Position numbers and translations under genes: made by a program. From contig NIVC01000773.1 in NCBI GenBank assembly GCA_002269645.1, positions 1-64,000 of the forward strand: a stretch of DNA of 64,000 nucleotides, written 5' to 3'. Source of the DNA: Macrostomum lignano (taxonomy: Eukaryota). The notes under the pieces were generated by a model. That model was given only the letters and a program-made list of their open reading frames with translations. It had not been told where the DNA came from and did not search any database. This document shows, in pieces, positions 1 to 26,600 of the stretch; position 1 is the first letter of the stretch; each line of letters starts with the position of its first letter.

Positions 1-411
1 GTGAGTAGACTGTATCAGATTAATTTCAAGAAAATTAAATTGGTTCGAACCTCAGTTACATACCTAATTAAGAATTTCAAAAACTTTCTTTCCTCGTTTC
101 AGTGAGTGCCACAATTTTTCCGATCGAATCAAAGTTCGAGTTTGGTAAGTGTCCCTGACTGTGCTGATGAAGCGGTATAATGAAAGAACTTTGCTCTCAT
201 AAATGCATTTTTAAAGATCATTTAGTGCATTTTATAAGTAAATTTGCTAATTGGAAATTATTCGAAATGATTTTTTTTGCATTTCCACATGCTTTAAATG
301 CGACTGCACGAAGTTACGTTTTCATGAAGCTGCTAGAAAAACTGCTCAAATTACCGTAATTAACTTACCTGGCCATCCGTGCTCTCGCATCGCGCGAATC
401 GCAACTCCCAG

Positions 412-8481
<8,070 letters not shown>

Positions 8482-10469
8482 GAGAGAGAGAGAGAGAGAG
8501 GGGGGAGGGGAGCGATCTAGCCACCAGCCAATCAGAGCAGAGACTTCCAGCCTTTCTCTTAAGCGTTTTATTGATAGCCTATGTGGCACTTGCTAGCAGA
8601 GCAATGTGCGCAACTTGTTGCCAAGTTTAATTAAAAAAAAAGTTTACGAACACTCCACCAAGGCATCCAAGAAAGATGCCTTCTCGCTCGCTTCGTCCCT
8701 TCCATCACCAACTGTACATATTTGAATTAGCGAGAGCAATAATGTGATTTTTTGCTATTTTACTGTCTCAACTCACTCAAAATTTGCATGAACTTCGCGC
8801 AAACCTACAAACATGATAGCCGAAATTTGACTACTTCTGGTATTTATTTGTTTAAACTGGTGCGAATAGCGGTGTTAGCTCGTATTGATTTGTAATTATA
8901 ACAAAATGTTTACCGACCACAGCCATATTAATTTTACTTTCTATATAAAATATTGCTAATTGTTTAATACATTAATTTGCTAATTTTGCGTTGCAGAATA
9001 CTGATTGCCTATTTTGTCAAAGCTGCATGAATATCACTTTTTATTCGCGATGCTTGAAGCTTTTATTTAATTTGCATTGCTTCTTTGCAGACGGATTTTT
9101 TACGAAATTATTTCGCTTTTCTCATCTTACGTAGCTCTCCTTATTCAGATCGGAGTTGACACTTTCGAGGGGGGCCTACGGGACAGACAGAAGGCAATTC
9201 TACTGTCTAAGTGCTATGCAATGACATTCGATAAGTCTATCTTCTTCTGTCTCTCTCTGGTCTCACGTTTCGTTGACAGTTTAGCTGAGTTTTTTTAACA
9301 AATAAACATTCAGTAAGTCAACGACACTATTTTACTAATATACGAGTATAGTGCAATTTTTTAACATTGTTTTCTTTCTTGATCTGAACTTTATCGAGAT
9401 TTTTTTATCAATTTCTTTTTATCAAACAATCGAAAATTTCAGATTCGATCTACTATTAACGAATTTCAAGAAGTTTGTCCTGTTCAATTCACAAAGCCGA
9501 AGTCTGAAATAAATTGGATGGAAGATACTGGAGAGGATGTTGCAAGCCAGAAAGTTGTAGTATAGTGTGTGTTCTGTTAAAAAGTGGTCAAACCTTACAC
9601 CAAATAGCAAAGTGAGGATCGAGAGTGGCTGCCGTGCGATTCAGAGCAGCCTGACTCTGCCAACTGCAGCATTAGAACCAGAAGAAGTGACGTCATGGGC
9701 ATGGCCTTGAGCATCGGCACAGCGCGTTGTTGGAAATCCGCGGTTGAAAATCAGTTCCAAATTCCTTGACTTGACTCCCTTTGGGAAGTCAAAACCTCAT
9801 TTTATGGCCCCAGAGTAATTGTCTATAACGTAAATCCTTCCTAAATCCCATGCAGTATTCGTTCGTCTGAACCTTGGAAAGAAGCATCATGTCAAAAATA
9901 AAAGATTCTTTGGGGAATTGCTAAGATGTCAAGGCTCATGGGAAATTTCTGACATCTTAAAGCTTACGAGTGGAATTGCTGAGATGTCAAGGCTGAGAGG
10001 TAAGAAGCTACATGAGAGTTAATTAAAAAATTTTATTCCATTCTTTGTTGCTTCCCCAACGAGTGTTGATGATTTGTGGTAACGAACTTAATTTTGATGT
10101 CTAAAGTGAGGAATGTACCTTTGATTTTCGGAGATAGGAGTGCGAAAAACTATTAAATTTAATTTTTTAAGCTCCTGAAGAGATGGCACCTGAACCTGAT
10201 CCAGGAGACGGAGCTGCTCTGGTCTGCTTCGCTGAAGTCGAAGAGCATCGGCATCGGAAGCTTAACACTGAGGTGAGAAGTTGACAAATTTTAATTCTGA
10301 GAGCTCTAACAGTTTCACAAGTTCGCCGAACGGCATTCCGAGGTCACTTGTGTGTGCTCAGGAGCCAGCGGAATTGCCCCAACGCCGGTTGTGGGACGAT
10401 GTCGCTGAAGACGTTGCGCCAGAATGTTCTCAAGCCTCCTCCTCTCAAGTTCTCAAACTGATAAGAATC

Positions 10470-10715
10470 AAATCTGATAAGAGTCAAAACTGATAAGAAT
10501 TAAAATTAAGAAGAATCAAAATAGATAAGAATCAAAATAGATAAGAATTAAAATTAAGAAGAATCAAAATCGATAAGAATCAAAATAGATAAGAATTAAA
10601 ATTAAGAAGAATCAAAATCGATAAGAATCAAAATAGATAAGAATTAAAATTAAGAAGAATCAAAATCGATAAGAATCAAAATAGATAATAATCAAAATAG
10701 ATAAGAATCACAATT
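10470..10715. repeat. A-rich degenerate minisatellite
   Basis: Repeated gataagaatcaaaata and ttaagaagaatcaaaat. Confidence 0.85.
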
Positions 10716-11274
10716 GACATAAAACAAAATGGCATAAAAATCGCTCTAAATTGAATGTAATAGCTTCATCTACTTATAAAATTTAAAATATTCTTATAGA
10801 TTTATTCTTGCAAAATAATATTTCGATGGTATTTCTATTACTAACAGTAGACAGACTGCACTAAAAACCACACACAAGGCTCAAGGATAAAACAGTGAAT
10901 CGATTGATCTGAACGGATTTGCAACAAAAAACGTGGATGGTCCTCAGAGAATGTGCGATCGGACCGCCACGCATAAAAAAATATTTATAAATTCGCGACT
11001 TCGTTGTCCAAATAAATTGAAATATTGAAATATTTAACAAAATTTCAATGCGTGACTACTGGCTTCAACATCTTCCATGCGCGGTTACGTTAATTTGGGG
11101 TTCTAGAAGAAAGTCAGGGCCGTTGTGCTCCCCGTGTGACTGCATCTGCGACCTCGTAGGTACGGAATGACCATGACTGCTTACCCTTGATACAGTGCTC
11201 AAAGCCCTCCTGAGAACTAAAAACCTGTTGAATTCTAAAACCTGTTCGGTGAACTTCTGTCTGCACTTCGAACT

Positions 11275-11779
11275 TCAGTCGGAGGACGAGCCGCTGTCCA
11301 GAAAGCCGTCCTCATCCGAGCTCGTCCGCCTCGAGTCGCCCTCGTCCTCGTTCACGCCGTGCTGGTCGTGGTGGAAGTAGCGGAACTGCGTCTCCGACTC
11401 TGTGTCCGTCTCCTCGCCGGAGTCCAGCAGGTCGTCCCGAGTCCGACGATCGCGAGTCTCCAGCAAGTCCAGCAGGTCTCTGACGTCCGCGTTGGCTGGC
11501 TCGTAGATGAGCAGCAGCTTGCAGTAGCGGATGGCCCCGTTCAGATCGTTGCCTGACACCTTCTCGAGCAGCTGAAGCAGCAGAATCGGCGGCGCCGCGG
11601 GCACTTTGAGGCGGCCGACGTCGGACTCGAGGCACTCGAGTTCCGCGGAGCTGGCCAGGCTGAGAGCGCCGCTGCTGCCGCCGCAGCTGGAGTTGCTGTC
11701 GGTCCGAGCGGAGTCGACCTGATCGGTGAAGTGCTCAGTCCCGGCCTCTTGCAGCTCCATGGAGAGGCTGGAGACGTAT
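11275..11779 (-). CDS. ERICH2: ERICH2-like (glutamate-rich protein 2 family) terminal exon
   Basis: APPILLLQLLEKVSGNDLNGAIRYCKLLLIYEPANADVRDLLDLLE matches my recollection of the ERICH2 core (AP.EL...FL......Y..A...C..ILIYEP.N), followed by an acidic E/D/S tail. Acceptor ccctgtccttccAG at 11781-11780; stop at 11275-11277. Confidence 0.65.
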
Positions 11780-12599
11780 CTGGAAGGACAGGGCAGCTCA
11801 GTGGTAAGCGCTTCTGACTGTCGCACTGCGACCCCTGGTTCAATTCGGTGCGCGGCCCGCATTCATCTGAGACTTGTGATCACGGAAAATTGGCCAGGGG
11901 GGTTATCGTGCAATTCGCAGTCATGAGGGTCGACCCCAAAGATACTAAAATAACTGGATGGGCCACTCAGGCATGTATTCTTAGTAAAACAGCTTTCTAC
12001 TTTCAGTTCAGTAGCAAAGAAGAATATATACGCTATTTTATAAGAATAAAGGCAGCTGAAATGACTTTGATAAGTTTAGAAGCCCAAGCTTGCAGGCGTA
12101 AACAACTTGCTAATTGGTTCAGCAATAATGTACATTGGCCAGTCCACTGAAATGTACATGGCAGCTTTGGGCTGGAATTCCGAGAAAGGCAATAAAAATT
12201 GGGGCGGGGCGGGTGGGGGGTAGTGTGGAAAGGCTCGGTTGGAGGGTTTAAGCTGGGGGGTTAAGAGCCAATAAATTGAGCCTTGGCTTTAAAAACACCA
12301 TAAAAGGTGTCTGTTTAACTTTACTACTGAACTGAAAGTAGCTTACACGCAAATGTGCTTACACGCCATCAAGTTATTCTAGTATCTGTGGTCCTGTGTG
12401 AGCGTGTCTTGTTTGTCTGCCTTCGTTGTGACAATGAAAGTGACAATGTTGCTTAAAGTGCGCCAGGGTGCAACTTTATTTGGTAGTCAAGAGCTGCTCA
12501 GAACCAATAATCCAACGACAGATGGTTGGAGGAAATTTCTCCCGAGTCAAGTGGGTCCCTCAGGCTGCAGTTTTTCCTGCTTCTCGGGAGAAGTGAAGA

Positions 12600-12641
<42 letters not shown>

Positions 12642-13529
12642 CAATGGGGTATGTTACCATGCACACTGATATTGATAAGATCTGAATCTATGAACCCGAA
12701 CTCGGATCGTATTTATTTAAGATCACTTTTTTTCAGACTTTGTTTTAGTGTTAAAACTCAATATGTGGCAACCTGCTGGTGGTTGCCACTTTTCCTATCT
12801 GACTCTCCGGGTGGTCTTGTGAGCAATCGAAGCATTTTCTGCACTTTTTGAACAATGCGTCACTCCAGAACGGCCCATCATTGAAGCACTCAGCTGTGTG
12901 TCTGACACCTCCTAGTCAATAATGCATATTGAGGAGGGAAGAGCGACAGAGCCGGACGGATGAAGCTGTCAGGCTCCTCCTGTAAAAATAAGGCAAACCA
13001 AAAAACACTCGACCCCAGTGTAAAGTGTGGGTGCGGCTGTGTAGTCACCTGGGTGCAAAAATAACTCAACCAAAGTGCACGGGGGTCGTCGACACACCTG
13101 ACACCCAGTGTGTCAGTCAATAGCTACAAAAATTGGCCCAGAAAGACCACAAGAGGCCGGAATCCTGAAGCAGCACTTGCAGTTTCCCTTGTCTGCTTCT
13201 TTCAGTGGCGAAGCGAAGAAATGCCCGGGTAGCCATTTCTATTCGCGGAAATCTGGTTTTGTTGTTGCCAAGCCTTTTTTAAGAAACGAAGGCCACTCAT
13301 ACTGTTTGGCAGGAAAGTTTGTGTCATTTTGAAGGTCATTTTCATAGGCTACAGGTAAGGCCAGTTTAAAAAAGCTAATTACTTTGAAATCCCCTTAGGG
13401 ACACTGGTGGTCTTCATTTTGCAATTATTAAGTCAAACCCCCATCAAATTGAATTGACTCCATCAATATTCTACTCGTAAACCCTACTCGTCTCCGTCAA
13501 CTTTATAGTTTATAATTTCACAAATTTGT

Positions 13530-15356
13530 TCCCTGATTCTCAGCTACCAGTGAGAATTCCCCTGATTCTCAGCTACCAGTGAGAATTCCCCTGATTCTCA
13601 GCTACCAGTGAGAATTCCCCTGATTCTCAGCTACCAGTGAGAATTCCCCTGATCCTCAGCTACCAGTGAGAATTCCCCTGATCCTCAGCTACCAGTGAGA
13701 ATTCCCCTGATTCTCAGCTACCAGTGAGAATTCCCCTGATTCTCAGCTACCAGTGAGAATTCCCCTGATCCTCAGCTACCAGTGAGAATTCCCCTGATCC
13801 TCAGCTACCAGTGAGAATTCCCCTTATCCTCAGCTACCAGTGAGAATTCCCCTGATTCTCAGCTACCAGTGAGAATTCCCCTGATCCTCAGCTACCAGTG
13901 AGAATTCCCCTGATTCTCAGCTACCAGTGAGAATTCCCCTGATCCTCAGCTATATGTACCAGTGAGAATTCCCCTGATCCTCAGCTACCAGTGAGAATTC
14001 CCCTGATCCTCAGCTACCAGTGAGAATTCCCCTGATCCTCAGCTACCAGAGAGAATTCCCCTGACTCTCAGCTATCAGTGAGAATTCCCCTGATCCTCAG
14101 CTACCAGTGAGAATTCCCCTGATCCTCAGCTACCAGTGAGAATTCCCCTGATCCTCAGCTACCAGGGAAAATTCCCCTAATCCTCAGCTACCAGTGAGAA
14201 TTCCCCTGATCCTCAGCTACCAGGGAAAATTCACCTGATCCTCAGCTACCAGTGAGAATTCCCCTGATTCTCAGCTACCAGTGAGAATTCCTCTGATCCT
14301 CAGCTACCAGTGAGAATTCCCCTGACTCTCAGCTATCAGTGAGAATTCCCCTGATCCTCAGCTACCAGTGAGAATTCCCCTGATCCTCAGCTACCAGTGA
14401 GAATTCCTCTGATCCTCAGCTACCAGTGAGAATTCCCCTGACTCTCAGCTACCAGTGAGAATTTCTCTGATCCTCAGCTACCAGTGAGAATTCCCCTGAT
14501 CCTCAGCTACCAGTGAGAATTCCTCTGATTCTCAGCTATATGTACCAGTGAGAATTCCCCTGATCCTCAGCTACCAGTGAGAATTCCCCTGATCCTCAGC
14601 TACCAGTGAGAATTCCCCTGATCCTCAGCTACCAGAGAGAATTCCCCTGACTCTCAGCTATCAGTGAGAATTCCCCTGATCCTCAGCTACCAGTGAGAAT
14701 TCCCCTGATCCTCAGCTACCAGTGAGAATTCCTCTGATCCTCAGCTACCAGTGAGAATTCCCCTGGTCCTCAGCTACCAGTGAGAATTCCCCTGATCCTC
14801 AGCTACCAGTGAGAATTCCCCTGATCCTCAGCTACCAGTGAGAATTCCCCTGATACTCAGCTACCAGTGAGAATTCCCCTGATTCTCAGCTACCAGTGAG
14901 AATTCCCCTGATCCTCAGCTACCAGTGAGAATTCCCCTGATCCTCAGCTACCAGTGAGAATTCCCCTGACTCTCAGCTACCAGTGAGAATTCCCCTGATT
15001 CTCAGCTATCAGTGATCGAGAATTCCCCTGATTCTCAGCTACCAGTGAGAATTCCCCTGATCCTCAGCTACATGTACCAGTGAGAATTCCCCTGATCCTC
15101 AGCTACCAGTGAGAATTCCCCTGATTCTCAGCTACCAGTGAGAATTCCCCTGATCCTCAGCTACCAGTGAGAATTCCCCTGATCCTCAGGTACCAGTGAA
15201 AATTCCCCTGATCCTCAGCTACCAGTGATAATTCCCCTGATCCTCAGGTACCAGTGAGAATTCCCCTGATCCTCAGCTACCAGTGAGAATTCCCCTGATT
15301 CTCAGCTACCAGTGAGAATTCACCTGATCCTCAGCTACCAGGGAAAATTCACCTGA
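13530..15356. repeat. 29-bp minisatellite, about 60 copies
   Basis: Unit cctgatcctcagctaccagtgagaattcc; period measured at 29. Confidence 0.97.
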
Positions 15357-15382
15357 TGCTACGTGAACGAAATAAAAATTAC

Positions 15383-20533
<5,151 letters not shown>

Positions 20534-20865
20534 CTGCCCGTGTCGGCGATAAAAAATATCGACTAAAAAGCCGCGTCCGAGTGTCGAGTCGGGTGTGTCT
20601 TTTCTCTGGCTAAGAGAGGCGAAAGCAGAAGATTAGAGACAAGCGGCCAAGGCACTCGGTGATTGGCTGCAGTCTCGGTTGGCCTCCCAAATCCCCATTG
20701 CTATTTTGTTGCCTTTTTGCTTTCGGGCAAAAATTGAGTATCTTCTTTAATAATAATGAGCAGCTGGCTGGAAGGCACTTTTTGGGAATTTAAACATTAG
20801 CCTCCTTAAACAAAGTACATTATATTCTCGGTAGCAGATTTAGGACTTAGCCAGGTAGATTCGAT

Positions 20866-21435
20866 GTTGGCTAGATTAGATTCCTTCATCAGTGATGCTG
20901 GCTAGATTAGCAATGCATTCTATTCCTTCATCAGTGATGCTGGCTAGATTAGCAATCCATTCTACTCCTTCATCAGTGATGCTGGCTAGATTAGCAATCC
21001 ATTCTACTCCTTCATCAGTGATGCTGGCTAGATTAGCAATCCATTCTACTCCTTCATCAGTGATGTTGGCTAGATTAGCAATCCATTCTATTCCTTCATC
21101 AGTGATGCTGGCTAGATTAGCAATCCATTCTACTCCTTCATCAGTGATGCTGGCTAGATTAGCAATCCATTCTACTCCTTCATCAGTGATGCTGGCTAGA
21201 TTAGCAATCCATTCTACTCCTTCATCAGTGATGTTGGCTAGATTAGCAATCCATTATATTCCTTCATCAGTGATGTTGGCTAGATTAGCATTCCATTCTA
21301 TTCCTTCATCAGTGATGCTGGCTAGATTAGCAATCCAATCTATTCCTTCATCAGTGATGCTGGCTAGATTAGCAATCCATTCTATTCCTTCATCAGTGAT
21401 GCTGGCTAGATTAGCAATCCATTCTATTCCTTCAT
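20866..21435 (+). repeat. 42-bp minisatellite, family X, copy 1
   Basis: Unit gctggctagattagcaatccattctattccttcatcagtgat. Confidence 0.96.
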
Positions 21436-22819
21436 ACTCGTACACTGGTCGAATTCCTTAGCTTGAATTGCGACTATTTTCATCAACAACCCGCGTCTTT
21501 TTCTTGGTCTAGAATATTGTGCTGAGATGCTCATGCAGCTTCGTGTGCTGAATGAATAATTGATGCCCGGATGCCCGTTCGGCATCAAGGCTGTTTCCGT
21601 GATGGTAAATAAAATATATGCACTTTAGACAGCATTTTCGCCGCGGGGATTTAGGTAGATGAGATTATCAGCGGGGATTTCATGGGATTTTCGGAGACAA
21701 GGTTCTTTTAAAGAGACGATTCTTTGTCAAAGAAGAAAGACTCCACTTGCTTTGGCTTGGATAATTGTCGTGCAACCGCGAGGACCAACCCCCAAGGCAC
21801 AGAAAGTGTACATGCCAGACGATCAGATAGTCAGGACCCCTGTACACCCCACGTGAGCGAGTTTGCCTGCAGCAGATTGCAACAGCAAATGAAAAAATGC
21901 AAAGAAACACAAAATTGGTCATTTAAATTTTAATGCCTCTATCCTTGTGAGCACAATTTCAACTATTTGTTAGGACATTTGTCATTGCTAAACAGCGGGT
22001 TAGCAACAAGAACTCGGATATATTTGATCACAATATTTTAGCCTCAGCAGCGAAGACAAAATAATAAAATATTTTTAATATAAGCACTCGGTGATAAAAC
22101 GCAGACAAAATCGCTCTCCCTTACACCGTCAATGTTATGGAAACACGCGTGCTGCACTACATGTAAAGATATGAAGTACACTAAAATCAATGCTACTATA
22201 GTGGAGATACAACAGTACTCGAAATTAGTTAAAATTCTGAAATCATAACAGTCGGTAAAAGCAAAAAACAGACAGAAATTTGGACCTACTGAAACTATCG
22301 AATAAAAACAAGCCAACAACGCGTTGATCGCTACTATTCTATGGCTGAAAGTATGAGTAGCAAGTAGCGCAAAATTTCTCTAATTTTGTTCGCAGCAAAA
22401 ATGCAACAAAAAAATTCTGCTCACTCAATTAGCACGTAAAATTTGAGAAAACGAAAAAATCACTAATAGAACTTTGACATTCGATGGCTGAGAAAGTAGA
22501 AATTTAAGAAGAACAATTCGGTTAATTTTTCCCGCTTAGAAATGCACAACTACTCATCAATGAAGCGGAGCTTTGTTCGTCTGTCGATTATGGAAGACCT
22601 AAAAAAAGTCAAACTTAAAGGAAGAACAGCGGGATTGAAGTTTGTGGGAAAGAACACAATTCTGCTCATACAGCGTTAAGCCTATGTTTCAAAAGAAATA
22701 CTCCAAATCCATGAAAAAGTGTTATTATTCCTGTGGATACAACGCAAGGTCATAGCTTAGCTAGCATAGCTAGTTCAGACGCAATAGACTATTGGGGTAT
22801 AAGCATTTATAAACAGCTT

Positions 22820-23232
22820 GGGCTAGATTAGCAATCCACTCTACTTCTTCATCATTGATGCTGGCTAGATTAGCAATCCATTCTACTCCTTCATCAGTGA
22901 TGCTGGCTAGATTAGCAATCCATTCTATTCCTTTATTATCAGTGATGCTGGCTAGATTAGCAATCCATTCTATTCCTTCATCAGTGATGCTGGCTAGATT
23001 AGCAATCCATTCTAGTCCTTCATCAGTGATGCTGGCTAGATTAGCAATCCATTCTATTCCTTAATCATTGATGCTGGCTAGATTAGCAATCCATTCTATT
23101 CCTTAATCATTGATGCTGGCTAGATTAGCAATCCATTCTATTCCTTAATCATTGATTTTGGCTAGTTTAGCAATCCATTCTATTCCTTAATCATTGATTT
23201 TGGCTAGTTTAGCAATCCATTCTATTCCTTCA
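22820..23232 (+). repeat. 42-bp minisatellite, family X, copy 2
   Basis: Same unit as 20866-21435, with ttaatcattgat variants. Confidence 0.95.
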
Positions 23233-23689
23233 CTAATTAGATCAATTTTTTAAACTGCTAAAAATGACATTAAAGTTCCAACCCTAGCCAGATAAATTGC
23301 AGTTATTTAAATGTAAGATAGATGGTTATAATCGAGTTATAGGAACAAGATAGTCATAGTCATAACAAGGCACAAAAACAAAACAAGCGCACAGGTCACA
23401 CTTTGCTAAAAATCACAAAGAGTTTATAGAAATAAAACGCGAATGAAACCCAAATTTTATAGAAATTTCTATGAAAAAATTAGAAAAAAATTAAAAATTA
23501 TTATATATACGGTAAATAAATTTTGTTTAAATGAGACACAAACAGAAGTGGCAGTATGAGAATGATTAAACACGCAGTTTACGCGAACACAGGTTGAATA
23601 CTAGAGTATTTGTTAACACAAAAGTTCTACTGCCAAAAAATCACAAAATAATATAGCGACAAAATACTCGCTAAGCTCGCAGCAGCCCA

Positions 23690-26600
23690 CTATAAGTAGT
23701 ATGATACGATGTAGAGCGAAGCAAAGCCGATGAATAAGCAGAGCACCTGCAGCAGCGACTCTCTGAAGGCGGGGTAGGAATGGCCACTATTAGCATGAGC
23801 TTGATTATCAGCTGTTTTAAGCGAGCTTATCTCTTCAACTAAATGTGCCTTTCAAACCGTAACGCGCAGCAAAGCTGTTATCAACTATCTGAGGATCAGA
23901 GGGTGCCGGTGGCCCAGCAACTGGGGATCTTAAAGGCTGGCCCAGCAACTGAGGATCTGGGAGGCTGGCCCAGCAACTGGGTTCTGGGAGGCTGGCCCAG
24001 CAACTGAGCATCTGGGAGGCTGGCCGCAGCAACTGGGGATCTGGGAAGCTGACGCAGCAACTGAGGATCTGGGAGGCTGGCCCAGCAACTGAGGATCTGG
24101 GAAGCTGACGCAGCAACTGAGGATCTGGGAGAGTAGCTTAGACACTTAGATATCCCAACTTGAAGCATGAGCACAGGCCAGCAAGCCAGCATACCTGGAG
24201 TCAGTCTCGGCCAGAATAGGCGGAGTCAAAGAGGCCAATGCCAGGTAGAGAAAGCCGCCAGAAGTGAACGGCAGCACAACGGACACAGAGACGGACACGG
24301 AGCTGCTTTGGCCCATTGTGAAAGCGAACAGGGCGCCAAACAGACTGCCGGATGCTGTGAGCAGCTGGGATGATGGAGGAGGTTTGGATAATGATAGCGT
24401 GAACACTTTTGTGTATTATCCTTAATTGAATTAAATAACCAATCTAAGCTCATATTGACTCATACGAGTGCTTTAATGAATCAAAAAAGAACATAGAGAT
24501 CGTTTATTAAGACCTACAAGCTCACAAATTATGCTCTCGAACCTAAGCTCATAACTATGGTTAGTTTAATTTTATCAGTCAATTTAGCGGGTTTCGACTT
24601 CTAAGAGAAATTAATTTCGAGATAGTCCACTCCACCATTTGCACGCCAGTGCTCTCAAGTTCGCTAGCAAAGCAAAACAACTCTGAAGCCAATGCTGGAG
24701 TGCGTTTTCAGTTTTAACCTGTAGGTGAGGTCTGCAGACCTGCTTTGACTGTCAGGTTTATCGACACGTCTAGATATTAAAATTGCTAAGTTTATACGAC
24801 TATTTAGGTTTAGACCAAGTCAAAATGTAGATCATGTTAGATTTAGATCATGTCAGATGTAGATCATGTTAGATGTAGATCATGTCAGATGTAGATCATG
24901 TCAGATGTAGATCATGTTAGATGTAGATCATGTCAGATGTAGATCATGTTAGATGTAGATCATGTAAGATGTAGATCATGTCAGATGTAGATCATGTCAG
25001 ATGTAGATCATGTTAGATGTAGATCATGTCAGATGTAGATCATGTCAGATGTAGATCATGTCAGATGTAGATCATGTTAGATGTAGATCATGTAAGATGT
25101 AGATCATGTCAGATGTAGATCATGTCAGATGTAGATCATGTCAGATGTAGATCATGTTAGATGTAGATCATGTCAGATGTAGATCATGTCAGATGTAGAT
25201 CATGTTAGATGTAGATCATGTTAGATGTAGATCATGTCAGATGTAGATCATGTCAGATGAAGATCATGTTAGATGTAGATCATGTTAGATGTAGATCATG
25301 TCAGATGTAGATCATGTTAGATGTAGATCATGTCAGATGTAGATCATGTTAGATGTAGATCATGTCAGATGTAGATCATGTTAGATGTAGATCATGTCAG
25401 ATGTAGATCATGTCAGATGTAGATCATGTCAAATGTACATCATGTCAGATGTAGATCATGTCAAATGTACATCATGTCAGATGTAGATCATGTTAGATGT
25501 AGATCATGTTAGATGTAGATCATGTCAGATGTAGATCATGTTAGATGTAGATCATGTCAGATGTAGATCATGTTAGATGTAGATCATGTCAGATGTAGAT
25601 CATGTCAGATGTAGATCATGTTAGGTGTATATCATGTCAGGTGTATATCATGTCGGGTGTATATCATGTCAGGTGCATATCATGTTGGGTGTATATCATG
25701 TCAGGTGTATATAATGTCAGGTGTATATTATGTCAGATGTACATCATGTCGGATGTATATAATGTCAGCCGTCAGGGGTATATCACGTCAGGGGTATATC
25801 ACGTCAGGTCACGTCAGGGGTATATCACATCAGGTGTATATCATGTCAGGTTTAAAACACGCCAGTTGTCAGAAACTGGCATACCTGAGCCTTGGCAGCC
25901 CGCCATTTGTGAAAGCCGGCCCTTAGCAGGATGGCAAAGTCTGAAATCTCGTGCGGCACCTCGTGCACCAATATGCAGAATGTGGTGACCAGGCCCACCT
26001 GAAAATAATAGGGGCACGGAAATTTGATAAGCAATCCAATCAGTCAGTTGATGCACAGAAGATGCAGGGTCTAAGCATGATTCCAATGAATGTATACAGC
26101 ATACTGACTGATGATTGAATGGGCCTCCTTTATCGTTTGAATCACGCAAATTTTAACGAAGATTTACGATATTCCGATTACAATTTTTTCATGGATTAGA
26201 CCTGATTTATCATGGATTAGGGAGTCTGTTTACTCTCTGTAACAAAATCCGCCTCTCCTCTGCTCAACATCTATTGCTGCTTTCAGAAGGAATTGAAGGA
26301 TCTGGTAGATGGGGTCACTGAAGGATCTGGTAGATGGGGGTTCCCTGAAGGATCTGGTAGATGGGGGGTCACTGAAGGATCTGGTAGATGGGGGGTCACT
26401 GAAGGATCTGGTAGATGGGGGGTCACTGAAGGATCTGGTAGATGGGGGTCACTGAAGGATCTGGTAGATGAAGGTCACTAAAGGATCTGGTAGATGGGGG
26501 TCACTGAAGGATCTGGTAGATGGGGGGTCACTGAAGGATCTGGTAGATGGGGGTCACTGAAGGATCTGGTAGATGGGGCGTCACTGAAGGATCTGGTAGA

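Noticed and set aside
13130-13290. hAT transposase dimerisation-domain remnant (TRFPRIEMATRAFL on the minus strand)
   Set aside because: Similarity is too short and weak, and no TIRs were found.
13530-15356. Regular ~29-bp repeats as a CRISPR array
   Set aside because: Head-to-tail tandem units with no unique spacers, no cas genes and a eukaryotic intronic context. The same applies to all other arrays.
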